Assembly: GCA_958009085.1 (NCBI GenBank)
Contig: OY253675.1
Location: forward strand, 372,001-436,000
DNA length: 64,000 bases
Direction: 5' to 3'
DNA from: Protoeuglena noctilucae
Lineage: Eukaryota
This document shows, piece by piece, positions 37,054 through 48,800 of this stretch; the stretch's first letter is position 1, and each line of letters begins with the position of its first letter. The position numbers and the translations under genes are program-made. The notes under the pieces are model-generated. The model saw only the letters and a program-made list of their open reading frames with translations, had not been told where the DNA came from and did not search any database.

Positions 37054-38158
37054 ATGAACGCCAAGACCCTCCTCTTCGCCCTCCTGGCCGGCGTGCTCGC
37101 CCTCTCGGGCGCCGCCTACGCCATCGCTGACTTCGACACCGATGGTGAGTGCGCTGCGCGCCTCGCTGGCGAGCGCTGCGCGTCTCGCTGGCCCCCCTGC
37201 CTTGTCGCCGGCGTTGTGAATGCCGCCCTGCCACCCGCGTTTGACCATGGCCCGTCCGGCCCGACCGGGGCCCTGGGCGGGCCGATCGCCGCACCCGCGC
37301 GACGATTCGACCGTATAGAACCGCGTTGGTGCGGTCTCGCCGGTGGATCCGGGCCGGCAAGGCAGATTCCCGGCCTTGCTGGTCGCCACATGTAGTGCGC
37401 CGATACGGCGCGGGCGCACGTTGCGGGGGCACGATCTTGCCGCTCAGCCCTCTTTTGCAACGCTGTGCGGCCGCGGCGCGCTTCAGGATCGCTCTGCCTG
37501 CGCCCGGGAGCCCGGCGCGGGCCGGAGATGGGCGACAAGGTCGTTCGGTCCCTGGCCTTTCGCCGCGGCCGTCCGGCGCCGAAGAGGGCCCACGCTGCAG
37601 GCGTTTTCGCTAGATTCTAGCGCTCGGCACCGCTAGCCGCCTCGCCGGTGCGTCGGGGCAGCCTTGCGAGCAGCGGGCGCAAGGGCTCCCGCCTGCGCGT
37701 CGTCCCGTGCCCGATCGCCCCCGCGGGTTGAGCTGCGGTTTCCTCTGAACGGTTTTCGCTCGCGTCTCGCGTTTGCGGGACCCCCTCGCAAGCTCAAGTG
37801 GTTTGACCGGGCCGCGGCCTTTGGTGCGCGCATCCTCTCACGGCGCCGCCCCTCGTGTCCGCAGGCGATGGCTGCCTCAACGAGGGGGAGCTGATCGCCA
37901 TGCTCGAGGAGGACTTCGGCGATGCGACGGAGTGGTGAGTGGCGTCCCGGCTGCTCGAGTCAGCGGATGGATCGCAATGTGAGCAATGGCAGCGGCAATG
38001 GGATATGGTTGCGGAGAAGACGTTCTGCGTCTCGGCTGGCCCGCAGCATCGCCGACTACGTGTACGACACGTACGGCACGAACAACATCTGCGAGGACGA
38101 CTTCGATGAGGAGGAGTTCACCGGCGTGCTGATGGAGGCCGCGACGGAGTGCATGTAA
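37054..38158 (+). CDS. Tiny secreted, highly acidic EF-hand protein (90 aa); exons 37054-37144, 37865-37934, 38047-38158
   Basis: Signal peptide MNAKTLLFALLAGVLALSGAAYA. Canonical gtgagt/cag junctions join to give DTDGDGCLNEGE, a 12-residue EF-hand loop. Exons sum to 273 nt in frame. Confidence 0.85.
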
Positions 38159-38238
38159 ATTCGCTTAGCTCCTAGCTAGCAGCGCAGCAGCAGGTCTGCG
38201 ACAGAGTTGAACTCCTCACAGAATAAGACAAGCAAATG

Positions 38239-39471
38239 TCAGCCCCAAGCGCCCGCCCCCTGCGCCGCTACGAGCGTCACTGCCCCTTGCTTACGGGCAC
38301 GCATCCAGTCGGCCTGGCCCAGCTCCCTCGCCTCGCGCAGGGCCTCTCGCAAGGGCTGCGCGTCCCCGGCCCAGCGCTCCACCAGCCGGTCCAGGGCGCC
38401 CGCGCTCGGGACGCCGTGAATCGCCGAGACGACGTCCTCGAGAGGGACCCCGAGGTCCACGCCGTCGTCCACGGCGAAGCACTGCAGCTCGGCCCACATG
38501 GCCTCCAGGTCCGCCGTGCTGTGGAAGATGGGGCGTGTCTCGCTATATATCAGACGGTGCTGACATCTATAAGCATCGCATTATTGCGAGGCAGGACTGC
38601 GCCGAGCTGCTACTCGCCTCAAATCCACGTCGGGGGCGTCGAGCGTCGCGGGTAGGTCGCTGACGCGTGGCACCTCCCGCCTCGGCAGCGCAGCCCCGCG
38701 GGTTGCCTCGCCGGGCTTCTTGGGCACAGAGCCGGGTTTGTGACTTAACCTCACGCGCGGCCCCGCCTCCGACTGGCGCTCCTCGACCCCACGCCGGCTG
38801 TCACCTCGTGCCTTGGCACTGCGAAGGGACAGCGGGGCGCCCAAGCTGAGCCGAGAAGGCTCAGCTCCTTGCACCGGGCGACGCGGCGGGTCTCCAGCAG
38901 CTCCAGCCAGCCACACACCTGGGCAACCTTCCCTTGCCAACTGCCGGCAAGACGATCCTCGACGCTGACGCTGCGCTCCCCAGGCGGGGGCTGTGGGGCG
39001 CCGTGCTGGCCTCTCCCTGCTGCCCCCTCGTCTCCGGCCGCGTCGAGCTCTCGGTCGGGGGGTCGTCGGCGGCCGCGCGCCCCTGCAGCTCGGCGTGCAC
39101 GCGCGCAAACAGCTCCGCCTGGCGCTGCTCGAGTTTCCTGGCCAGCGCCTCGTCCTTCTGAGCCCGCGCCGCGGCAATAGCCTTCTCAAACTCCTCCTCT
39201 TGCTGCGCGAGGTACGCAATGCGCGTCCGCATCGCCGCTGCGGGGGGCGGGGAGAGGCGACATGCTCTGTGCGTCAGCAGGGCCGCGTCGCCGAGGAGGC
39301 CGTCTGCGGGCGCGCCGGAAGCTCACATAGCTGGGCATCAAGGTCCTTGTTCTCCCTCTGCAGCTGCGACAGCTGGTTGGCCTTCAGCCGGCCGGAGGTG
39401 CTTGCGCCGAGCATGCGTGAGGGCGGGGGGCCCGCGTAGGGGTTGGCGCGGGCATCGCGAGCTCCCGCCAT
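38239..39471 (-). CDS. Unknown coiled-coil protein, ~4 exons
   Basis: Coding-like segments MAGARDARANPY..QLQRENKDLDAQL, MRTRIAYLAQQEEEFEKAIAAARAQKDEALARKLEQ and MWAELQCFAVDDGVDLG..GAWG*, separated by intron-like gaps. Confidence 0.6.
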
Positions 39472-39889
39472 GGACTCTAGAGGTGTTGAACGTGCTCAGC
39501 GACGGCGACGCGTGGCAGGAATCTGCTGTGTGCTGTCTTCCGACTAAAAGCGGAGTGAAAAGGGTCTTTCGTCGACAGGAACGCCTCTATTGGCACAGGC
39601 GTCACAGGCCAAACTGCACCGTTGCGAGCCCAAGAAGTTACCCTGCGAGGTCAGCCTGTGCTGCACACATAGGGTAAAGCTCGCGTGGCGCAATCGACCG
39701 CACATCGCACTGGCCGATGTCGGCAGTCTGCAACGGTGGGAGGATTCTCTACATCGCTGCAAAGATCCAGGGCTGAATCGCGGTCCTGAGAAATCTCGCC
39801 CGCTTGGGCCTGATTGGGCACCGCTAGCGGGAAACGTCGCATCATTGGTCGGAATATTGATAGCGTTGGAGGTGGAGGGCGCGCTGCGG

Positions 39890-42800
39890 ATGCGGAGAGG
39901 CGAGCGACCCAGCGAGAGAGCGCAGGCGTGCAGGATCCGCTTGTGCGCAGGCTATCTTGCTTCCAAAGCATTCCTTGTGTGATCGAGTATACCGCGGACG
40001 TGGATCCGGCCGAGCGGGGTGGCCTGGCTGCCGTCGGGAGCACTCCGCTGCTGGGATAACTGTGCTCTGCATTTTCTTCGCCGCTTGGGGTCGATTCCGG
40101 TCTCAGCTTCACAGGCGCGTTGATATTCTTTTTGCAGTCGCGGTGGAGGTCGTCTGGGGTTCCCAGACCCGCGAGACGACGGTGGAGCTGGGGGAGGGCG
40201 ACGCGCGCTACGCTGTGCTCCATGCGGCGCGCGCGGAGCTTCCGGGGGGGTTCGCTGCGGTCAACATGGATCAAGTGACTGTGCTTCTGCCCGATGACAG
40301 GCCCGCGCGGACCGATGAAGACCTGCGCGGCCTCCGGGAGGGCTCCAAGCTGAAGGTCGTCCTTCCTGCCCAGGTGACGCCCGCGCGCGACCCCGGCGCA
40401 GCCGCGCGAGGGGCCCCGATGCATCTTACACAGACATTGCACCTCGCTGCACTCTTGTTGACCCCGCAGGCCTCCGGCCGGGTCGAGGCGGTGCAGTTCA
40501 CGCCGCATCCCAACACGGTGATTATGGCCGGAGACCTCGAGTACTTTGAGTCCAACGGCGCCCACCCATTGGCCTACGCCCTCGCCGAGCTGATCGACAA
40601 CGCCATGCGCGCCACGCGTGACAACCGAGAGGCCCGCAACATCGACGTCAGCTTCGTCCTTGGTGAGTGGCGACTCGCGAAGTGGCCTCTTAGCATAAGC
40701 TTCCTCCGGGCTGGCACAGTCACAGCCATTTGAGCTCTCAGCAACGCCATCCCCCAGCCCTCTTGGCACTGGCAAAGTGCATCTCAGCTTCCTGCACGGC
40801 CCCGCTCGCAGGCCCGAACGACCAGGGCGTGATTTATGTGGAAGACAACGGCTGTGGCATGGACATGAAGGCGCTCAACCAATGGGCGATCATGGGGCTA
40901 TCGATGGAAGATCGCGGGGAGCGGCCAGTCATGGAGGAGCCGCCGGGGCTGCGTGGTGCCGCCAGTCACGACCCCGGCCGCTTCCTGTCCAGCGATCTGA
41001 GCTTCTTTGGCGTCGGATCCAAGAACGCGGTCTTCTACCTCGGCAGCTGCGTCAAGATGGTCACGCGGGCCAAGACATCGAGTCAGGTGCTGGAGCTGGC
41101 GATCCGTGCGGATGAGCTGCGGGACCGGCATCACAAGGGAGAGAACCCTTACCAGGGACAGATCACGTTCCGTGACCCGGGCGACGACAGCACGTTGCTG
41201 ACGGAGGAGGCGCGGCTGCAGGCGGCGAGGGAGAGGGTGGCGAGGGAGGTGAGGAGCTGGTGGGTGGCGATGGATGAGGGAGGTGGCGTGATGATGTGAG
41301 GTGAGGTGATGGTGGTAGTTGCTGCAGCCAGCGTTTCCAGCCAACCCGTGGGACGTTACGATAAAGGGTGTCAAGAGTACCTGGGATGCTTTTGTGTTCA
41401 ACACACTCACATACCACGAAGCGACCGGTGCGTTTGCCGTTTGCAGGCGTCCGCGGGCCCGGCCTTCACCCGCGTCATCATCACCAACCTGAAGGACCGC
41501 GTGCTGGACAGCCTGCGATCGGAGCACAGCGACAGGGTCTGCCGGCACCTGGCGCACCTGTACCACTACTACCTGCACGGGTCGCAAGGCAACGTGGCCG
41601 ACGCGCCGCCCGCCAAGCTGCCCGGCGGGCAAGTGCGGCCCACGATCCGCGTGCAGTTCATCGAACAACGCCAGGGCCGGTCCGAGGTGGTGTGGAGCCA
41701 CGACCTGCGGGAGGTGCAAGACGATTTGGAGACGCGGTATCTGAGAAACAAGAAGTCTACGCTGCATTTTGCCTACGACGTGCCCGACAAGGGGACCGTC
41801 GAGGGCGTGCTCTGGTACTTCCCGTACGACCACGACCGGTGAGCTGGGCTGCACGGTGCATGGGTGCTGTGGCGTAGGCACCACAGCAGCTCAGCCGCCC
41901 AGCCGTCATGCTGGCCGTTACACGAGAGACGCCCGATATGCTCGACGTAACGCCTTCCTTCTAATGCGCCACCCGCAGTGAGACGCTGCCCGTCGACGAC
42001 ACCGTGGACCCCAAGCCGCCCTCCCAGCAGGCCCAGCGCCCGCACGCGCGGCCCGACCCTTCCCGCCTCTCCGGCGCGGCTGCCCGCCACTCCGGCGCCG
42101 GCAGCAGCGGACATGGAGCGGCGGACGACGATGATGACGACGAGGTCCAAATCGTGAACACGCCCAATGCGCCATCGGAGCCCCAGCGCGGCCCCATCTT
42201 CGAGCTCTTCTGGCAGGGCAGGCTCATCCCCGGCGCGCACCTGGACTCGCTGCCTTTCATTGACGAAACGAGGATGGGGCGGAGTGCGACGGACAGGGGT
42301 GAGGGCATGGGGGATAGCGAGGGTGTGAGAAGTGTTAGGGAGGGTGTGGGGGTTGGTGAGGATGTGAGGGGTGTTGGTGAGGGTGTGTGGGGCTCTAAAG
42401 CGCGCAGGGTGGCGCGTTGGTTCGCACGCTGACGATTACAAGTGCAGCTAGTCGGCCAATCACGCCTGCACGCAGACGACATCCCCGACGCCGTTTTCCT
42501 GCGCATCCGCGGCGCGCTGTTCCTGGGCCCTGCGTTCGGCGTCACTCGCAACAAGCTGACCTTCCGCGACAACATCGCGGAGCTGCTGAAGGACGCGCCG
42601 GCAAAGGACAGGCGAGGGAGCAATGCGGGAGAGGCATGTCGTCATGCGGGGCACTTGTTAGTATCACTGTCCATAGAGATGGGAGGAGGGTGTGTTGCAG
42701 TGTAACTGTGCACCTTCATGCCCCACTCACGCTGCTTCTCCCACTGCCCCAGTCAGTGCCCCACTCCCACGTTTCCCACCCCATGCACCTAGCTTGCCCG

Positions 42801-45800
42801 TCTCACCATGGCATGCACCATCTCTGCAGGAACCTGCAAAAACACTTCAAAAGGTGGCTTAAGGAGACCCACCAGAAGGAGGACAAGGTCATGGTGCTGA
42901 AGGGCATTGCGGATCCCGAGCAGCAAGAGGAGATACGGGTGCGTGGAGAGGGCATAGCTGTATAAATGGCATGCCCAGCAACTGTGATGCAGGTGTGCGT
43001 GTTGGGTACGTGCGTTGGAACGCTGGTGGCTGAACACGGCAAGCAATGGCCAACGATGCACTTATGCTCGTACTTGCAGAAGACGTACAAGGGCCGCACT
43101 CTCTACAACCGTGTCGTGGTGGGAGGGCCTCGGGCCAGGCAGTACAAAGCGGGCGACTGCGTGCAGGTGCACACGAAGCCGATCGTGGTGGGTGTCGTGA
43201 AGGGGTTTCTGGCGGATAAGATCCACGAAGGCGACCTTGACACCGGCAGGTGAGGATTGTGCTTTGTTATTTGCAGGATTTGTGGTTGACGGCTGATTTT
43301 CGTTGTGCTCGCGTGAACGCGATAAAGATATCGCCTACAGCTGGAGAATTACTTATTCTTATAGAGAATGAGCATATACCACCTGTCTTCTCCCCGCACC
43401 CAGCGGCTTTGTGCTCCTGAACCCGGTGCCGACGCCCCTTCACGCCAAAGAACTCAAGGACTTCCCTATTACGCGCATCGTGAAGATCGTGACAGATGAG
43501 GAGAGGCGGGCGTACGAAGAGGCCCAGCTGAAGAAGCTGCCGTCGCAGGTGACGAGGATACAATGCGGAATACGATGAGCGTGCTACTGCATGCATATAA
43601 GTATATTTCTCGAGTATTCATGCGATATTTTGATCGGGCGGGCGGATGGATTGCGCGCACGGGAGGGTTGGCTGTCGTCTGCGACCTTTTGCGTAGGTGC
43701 GCTTCAATCACAATCACCGCATTCTTTATTTCAACTAAATCCGACCTGCGCTGCATTCGTGTCCGCAGATGGACGTGCACTTCTGGTACCGCGGCCCGGA
43801 CAAAGAGGAGGCGGTCGACAAGCGAAAGAAGGTCCCGACCAACGGGGTCACCGTCAAGGCCGGGAGCAAGCTGCCGGGGATGCTCGTGGCGGTGACGGAC
43901 GGCCACGGCAAGGCCGCGAAACGCAAGAGCGAGCGGGGGCTGACCTGGGCCCTTCAGGTCAAGCAGGTGGGATTCCGAGTGATCAACAAGCGCAGCGGGG
44001 TCGGCGCTGACGGGGGGAGGGCGAGGGCCACCCGCACCCAGCCGCAACGTGCTGCGGCGCCGCGTGCCGAGGGCGAGGGCGAGGATCGTGCTGAGGGTGC
44101 GAGGGAGGAGGCATGGGAGCTGGTCAACAACCACCCCTACAAGGAGAACCTGTACTACTTTGAGCCCAAACAGGCGAGGAGTCGGGTTATTTGTGGCTCT
44201 GACTATGACTCTCTCACTAGTACTACAATTATGACGATGACTTGTTTGTCATGACTCGAACCCCTCCTCGTGCTTTCCAGATGAAGGAGACGGGCGTGTT
44301 CATCATCGAGCACGTCGTCGAGCTGGGCATTGAGGGCGTCGCTCCCATCAAGCACAGCACGACCGTGCGCGTCACGGGGGCAAACCCCACCGCGGTCCGG
44401 CTGGGTGGTCCGGGCGTCGAGCATTTGGCCAAGGGGTCGCCGATGCTTCTCGAGACGATGCCGGACATCGTGGTCGAATTTATGGACGAGTTCGACAACC
44501 CCACGGCGCTGCCTGACACGTTCGACGCGGCCTCTCTGGCGCTGCGACTGGCGGCGCAGGGGCCCGAGGGACCCGCGGAGATCCTGCGTCTGGAGTTCGA
44601 GTCCTGCGAGGCGGACGTGGAAAAAGGCACGGTGACGCTCCGGGCGCCCCGGGTGGCGGGGGACGAGGCGAGGGCGGAGGCGGTGCGGTCGGTCTTCCAC
44701 GCCAGCAAGGGGAAAGGCACACGGGCCCAGGTCACGCTCAGGTGACGGGGATGGGGTTGTAGATAGGGCTGGTAGTAGGTGATGTTATGTTACTGCTTGG
44801 GTGAGGTGAGGTGATGGGTGAGTAGGGGGCGGCGAGCACAAGGGCATGAGGCCGGTGTCCGATTCGAACTTACCCTCACCCTCTCCTAGTTTCCCATCCG
44901 CAGCGTCTCTTATCCCAGCATGAAGGAAGACCAGCTGGGATTCGATCTCCTGTCCGGGCCCCCCGAGGCCCTCCGACTCGAGGAGTCCCACGGCGCCAGA
45001 AACGCGGACCCCTCCTCCGCCAGAAACGCGGACGCCTCTGATGCCGGAAACGGGGCCGCGGGCAGCGGGGCGGGTGCCGGGGCGGGCGAGGGCGGGCGAC
45101 AGCGTGGGCCGGCGGGGGCGGTGAAGGCATCGCCAGCGGCGGTGGGGGCGGGGACCTCCAAAGCCACAGCCGCAGCCACGGTCACGCCCACTGCCAAGGG
45201 CTCAGGTGCTGCAGGCAAGGGGTCAGGTGCAGCGAAGGGGTCAAGTGCGGCCAAGGCGGCAGGTGCGGCAGGTGCGGGGTGGGCTGGTGGTGTGACCGAC
45301 TGTCCTTTCACAAGGCTCACACAGCTGAGGTTGCAAACCTGTCTCTCACTTTGTTATTGGCTTATCTGTTGCCACTATCAATGCAGGATTGGCAGGTGGA
45401 GGTGCAGGTGGAGGGCCTGCATCAGAGGGGGATGCGTTTGCGTTGGAGGTGGACTCGGGCGCGGCGTCTCTCATGCTGTCGTTCCTGGCGCTGGACCGGT
45501 ACGGCAACAGGGCTACCTTGCGCAGGTGGGGGGGTGGTGTGGGGATGGGTGGGGTTGTGGCTGGGTGGGTGGAGAGGTTTGCGGGTGCTGGTGTCTGTGC
45601 GGGTGCTTGCACGGGTGTCGACGACCGCCCCTGCCTCACACACGCCCTCACTCACTCACACCAACACACCCACACCCTCACCGTCACTGCTACCCTCACA
45701 TGTTCAACCCCCACCCACCTCCCTCACCCTCTCATCCCTCGCAGCGACCTGGATGCCCGCCTGTCCCTCACCTCCCCGCTCCTCGCTCTCACTCCCAACC

Positions 45801-48800
45801 TCACACACATCTCACACAGTCCCAACACACACCCATCTCCCTCACCCCTCGCAGCGACCTGGACGCCTGCCTGTGCCTCTCCTCCCCGCTCCTGGCCCCC
45901 GGCCCCGGCGCCCCTGACGGCGCCCCGTTACTCCCCGTCGAGTTTTCTGACAGCGCCGTCGCCACCGTCAGGGACCTCTCCTTCGCCCCCGTGCCAGAGG
46001 GCGCCAGTGTGGCCGTGTCAGACAACGCCGTGTCGGTCTCAGCGCTCGTGGAGGCGTGGATCGACTTCGAGGGGCCGGTGCCAGAAACGTTTGCGCACGT
46101 GTACCCGGGTACGACCCCGCATCGGGGGGCGAAGAGGGCGCGGGCGAGCGGGGCGGCGGAGGGTGCGGGTGGGAGGGAGACAACGAGGGTCGGGCTGCTG
46201 CGGGGGAGGCTGGTGAGGGGTGGGAGGGGGTGTGGGTGTGTTGGGGGAAATGTGTGAGGTTGAGGGCTGTGTTGATGATGTGAGGGTGGGGCGTGTGAGG
46301 TGCAGCTGTTGTGGTAGTGCTTGTTTATTGCTCCCTCTCCCAGCGCTCTCATCTCCATCACCCCACATCCGGCCCTCTCTCTCTCTTCCCACCCCACGCA
46401 GACCGTCACCCCCAGCACCGACCCCGCCACCATGACAGTACATTACCAGGGCCAGCCCCTCCCCTGCACGCCGAAGGCCATTGAGGAGGGGGCGGACCCC
46501 ATCCCCGTGTTCGAAATGCCGGGAGGTGAGGATTTGATTTAACAATTGAATATATGTTGTAATTGTCATGTATGTTACATCGCTATGCATCGTTGTGTTT
46601 CGCCTGAACCGCTCCCACTGACCCGGGCACCCACTCCCATAAACTCACTCCACCCACTGCCACCCCCACCATCACCCCCACTACCACCCCCACTGCCACC
46701 CTTATGACCACCCTTACTACCACCCCCAACCCCACCCCCAGCCTTCCCCGTGGCCACCACCCTGGACCGCGTCACGCTCCACATCGTCGACGAGGCAGGG
46801 AGAATCGTTCCCAAACCTCTGTCGGGTGATATCAAGGTATCCTGGGACCCAAGAAATGCGATACCGGCAGAGCCCACCATGCCCCTCAGCTGGAAACTGC
46901 CAGAGGAGATATGTGCTCTGGCCCCGGTGTTCACGATCGATTTCTACCAGAAGGTCGGAAAGAGGCGGACGAGCAGGCACATACGGGTCGGGGTGCAGGT
47001 GTGTGTGGGGGGGGTTGGGGTGTGTGTACGTGTGTGCGGGGCTGTGGGTGCTGTGGTGTTGGGGTGCGGGTGCGGGGGTGTGTGTGCTGTTCCATATGTG
47101 CTGTAATATGTAATTCTGATATTGCATAATCAATACTACATCTCGTGATATTGTATTCGCTTTATTCTATTCTCCCCTCTCAGGTTCGCCTGTCCCCCGG
47201 CCCCCCCCACCAGTACGCGTTATCGTTCGAAAACCCCGAGAGCGCCGACCTGCAGAACGGGCAAGTGCGAAACGGGGAGGTGGCGAGGATCGAAGTGCAG
47301 ATCTTCGACCAGTACTACAACCCCACGCCGCCCAGGGACGACCTGCCGGAGAGGGAGGTGAGGGGGGCGCGATCGTGGGTGGAGCTTTGGTTTTGAATTT
47401 ATGAATATGATTGATGTTCGCTGTAGCCTGCCATCGTGTTAATGTACTTATTTGTTTATTATTTTATATTTATTTTAGTTTATATTATATGTTTATTCTG
47501 ACCTGTTTTATTATTACACTTGCAATAATAATGTTATTATTATTATTATTTCCAGACGAAAACTCAATACCCTCGCACCCCCCCCGCAGCTGGTGGCGCT
47601 CCTCCTGGAGTCATCGATCGACGACCCCCTCCCCTGCCCCTACTCCATCCACGTGCTGAGCGAGGCGTGGTGCAAGAAGAGCAAGGACGCGGCAGAGGAG
47701 GGGGGGAATCAGGTGAGGGCACTGTGATTGTTATAAATGGCGTGGGAATGTGTGTGGTAGCCGTGACGTTGGCTGTTGTTATGATTCCAAATATTGTAAT
47801 TATTATTGTTTGTTATTACTCGTATATTATATTATGTAAGTATCGCCCCCAGGCCGACCAGGCGGTGGAGGAGGACGTGGTGATGTACCGGGTCAAGTTC
47901 TCGGGGCCACCGGGGAAGTTCAAGTGAGGCAATGCGAGTTGCATGGTTATCTTATTAGTATCGTTATTATCCATGCTCGGTCAGTGCCTGGTGTTGCCTT
48001 TGGTTCCCCCATTTGGATGCGCAACATTGCCACGCACCCGTCTACCCCAGCCACGCCCCAATAGCAAATGCAATACGTAATATGCAAAACATCATCATTC
48101 AACCACCCCCTCACCCATCACCCCAGGGTGGGCGTCCGCGACCGTTCCGGCCCGAACGGCGCCTCGCGTTTTCTGACGGACGACGTGCAAGTGGAGATGC
48201 TGCCGGGCGCGCCCTGCCGGCTCGAGTTCTCCGGCCCGCCGCAGCTGCGCAGGCCGGTGCGGTGCCGGCTGGAGGGTCTGTCCGTGCGGGTGGTGGATGA
48301 GGGGGGGTCGCTTTGCAGTCACGTGGGTGGTGCGGGGTGGGAGGGGCGCAGCGTGGAGGTCTTGCTAAGCAATGCGGCTTTGGAGGAGAGCGGCGGGGGT
48401 CTCGCGGCGAAGGTGGGGTGCGCGGGGGGCAACCGGGTGGCCGTGGTGGATGGGGTGGCGGTGCTTCCGCCTGTGACGGTGTCGGCGGATCGGCCGGGCA
48501 CGTACCTGCTAGATGCGGAGCTCCGGAGCCGGGACCTGCCGAATGTGGAGCGTGCTACGCTGCGGCTGGTGCTGGAGCCGCGCAACGCGTGCACGGGGCT
48601 GCGGGTCGATCCGGGCAGCGTGGGGCGGGGGGTGGAGGCGGGGCAGGCGGCGGTGGTGGCGGTGGCGGTGCAGACGGAGGACGGGAGGCCGCTGGACTCG
48701 GAGGCAGGTGATTGTTAGTGTTATTATTGCTTTATTATGATAATAATAATAATTGTAGTAATTGTAATACTGGTGATAATTGTAGTAATTGTAATATGGG

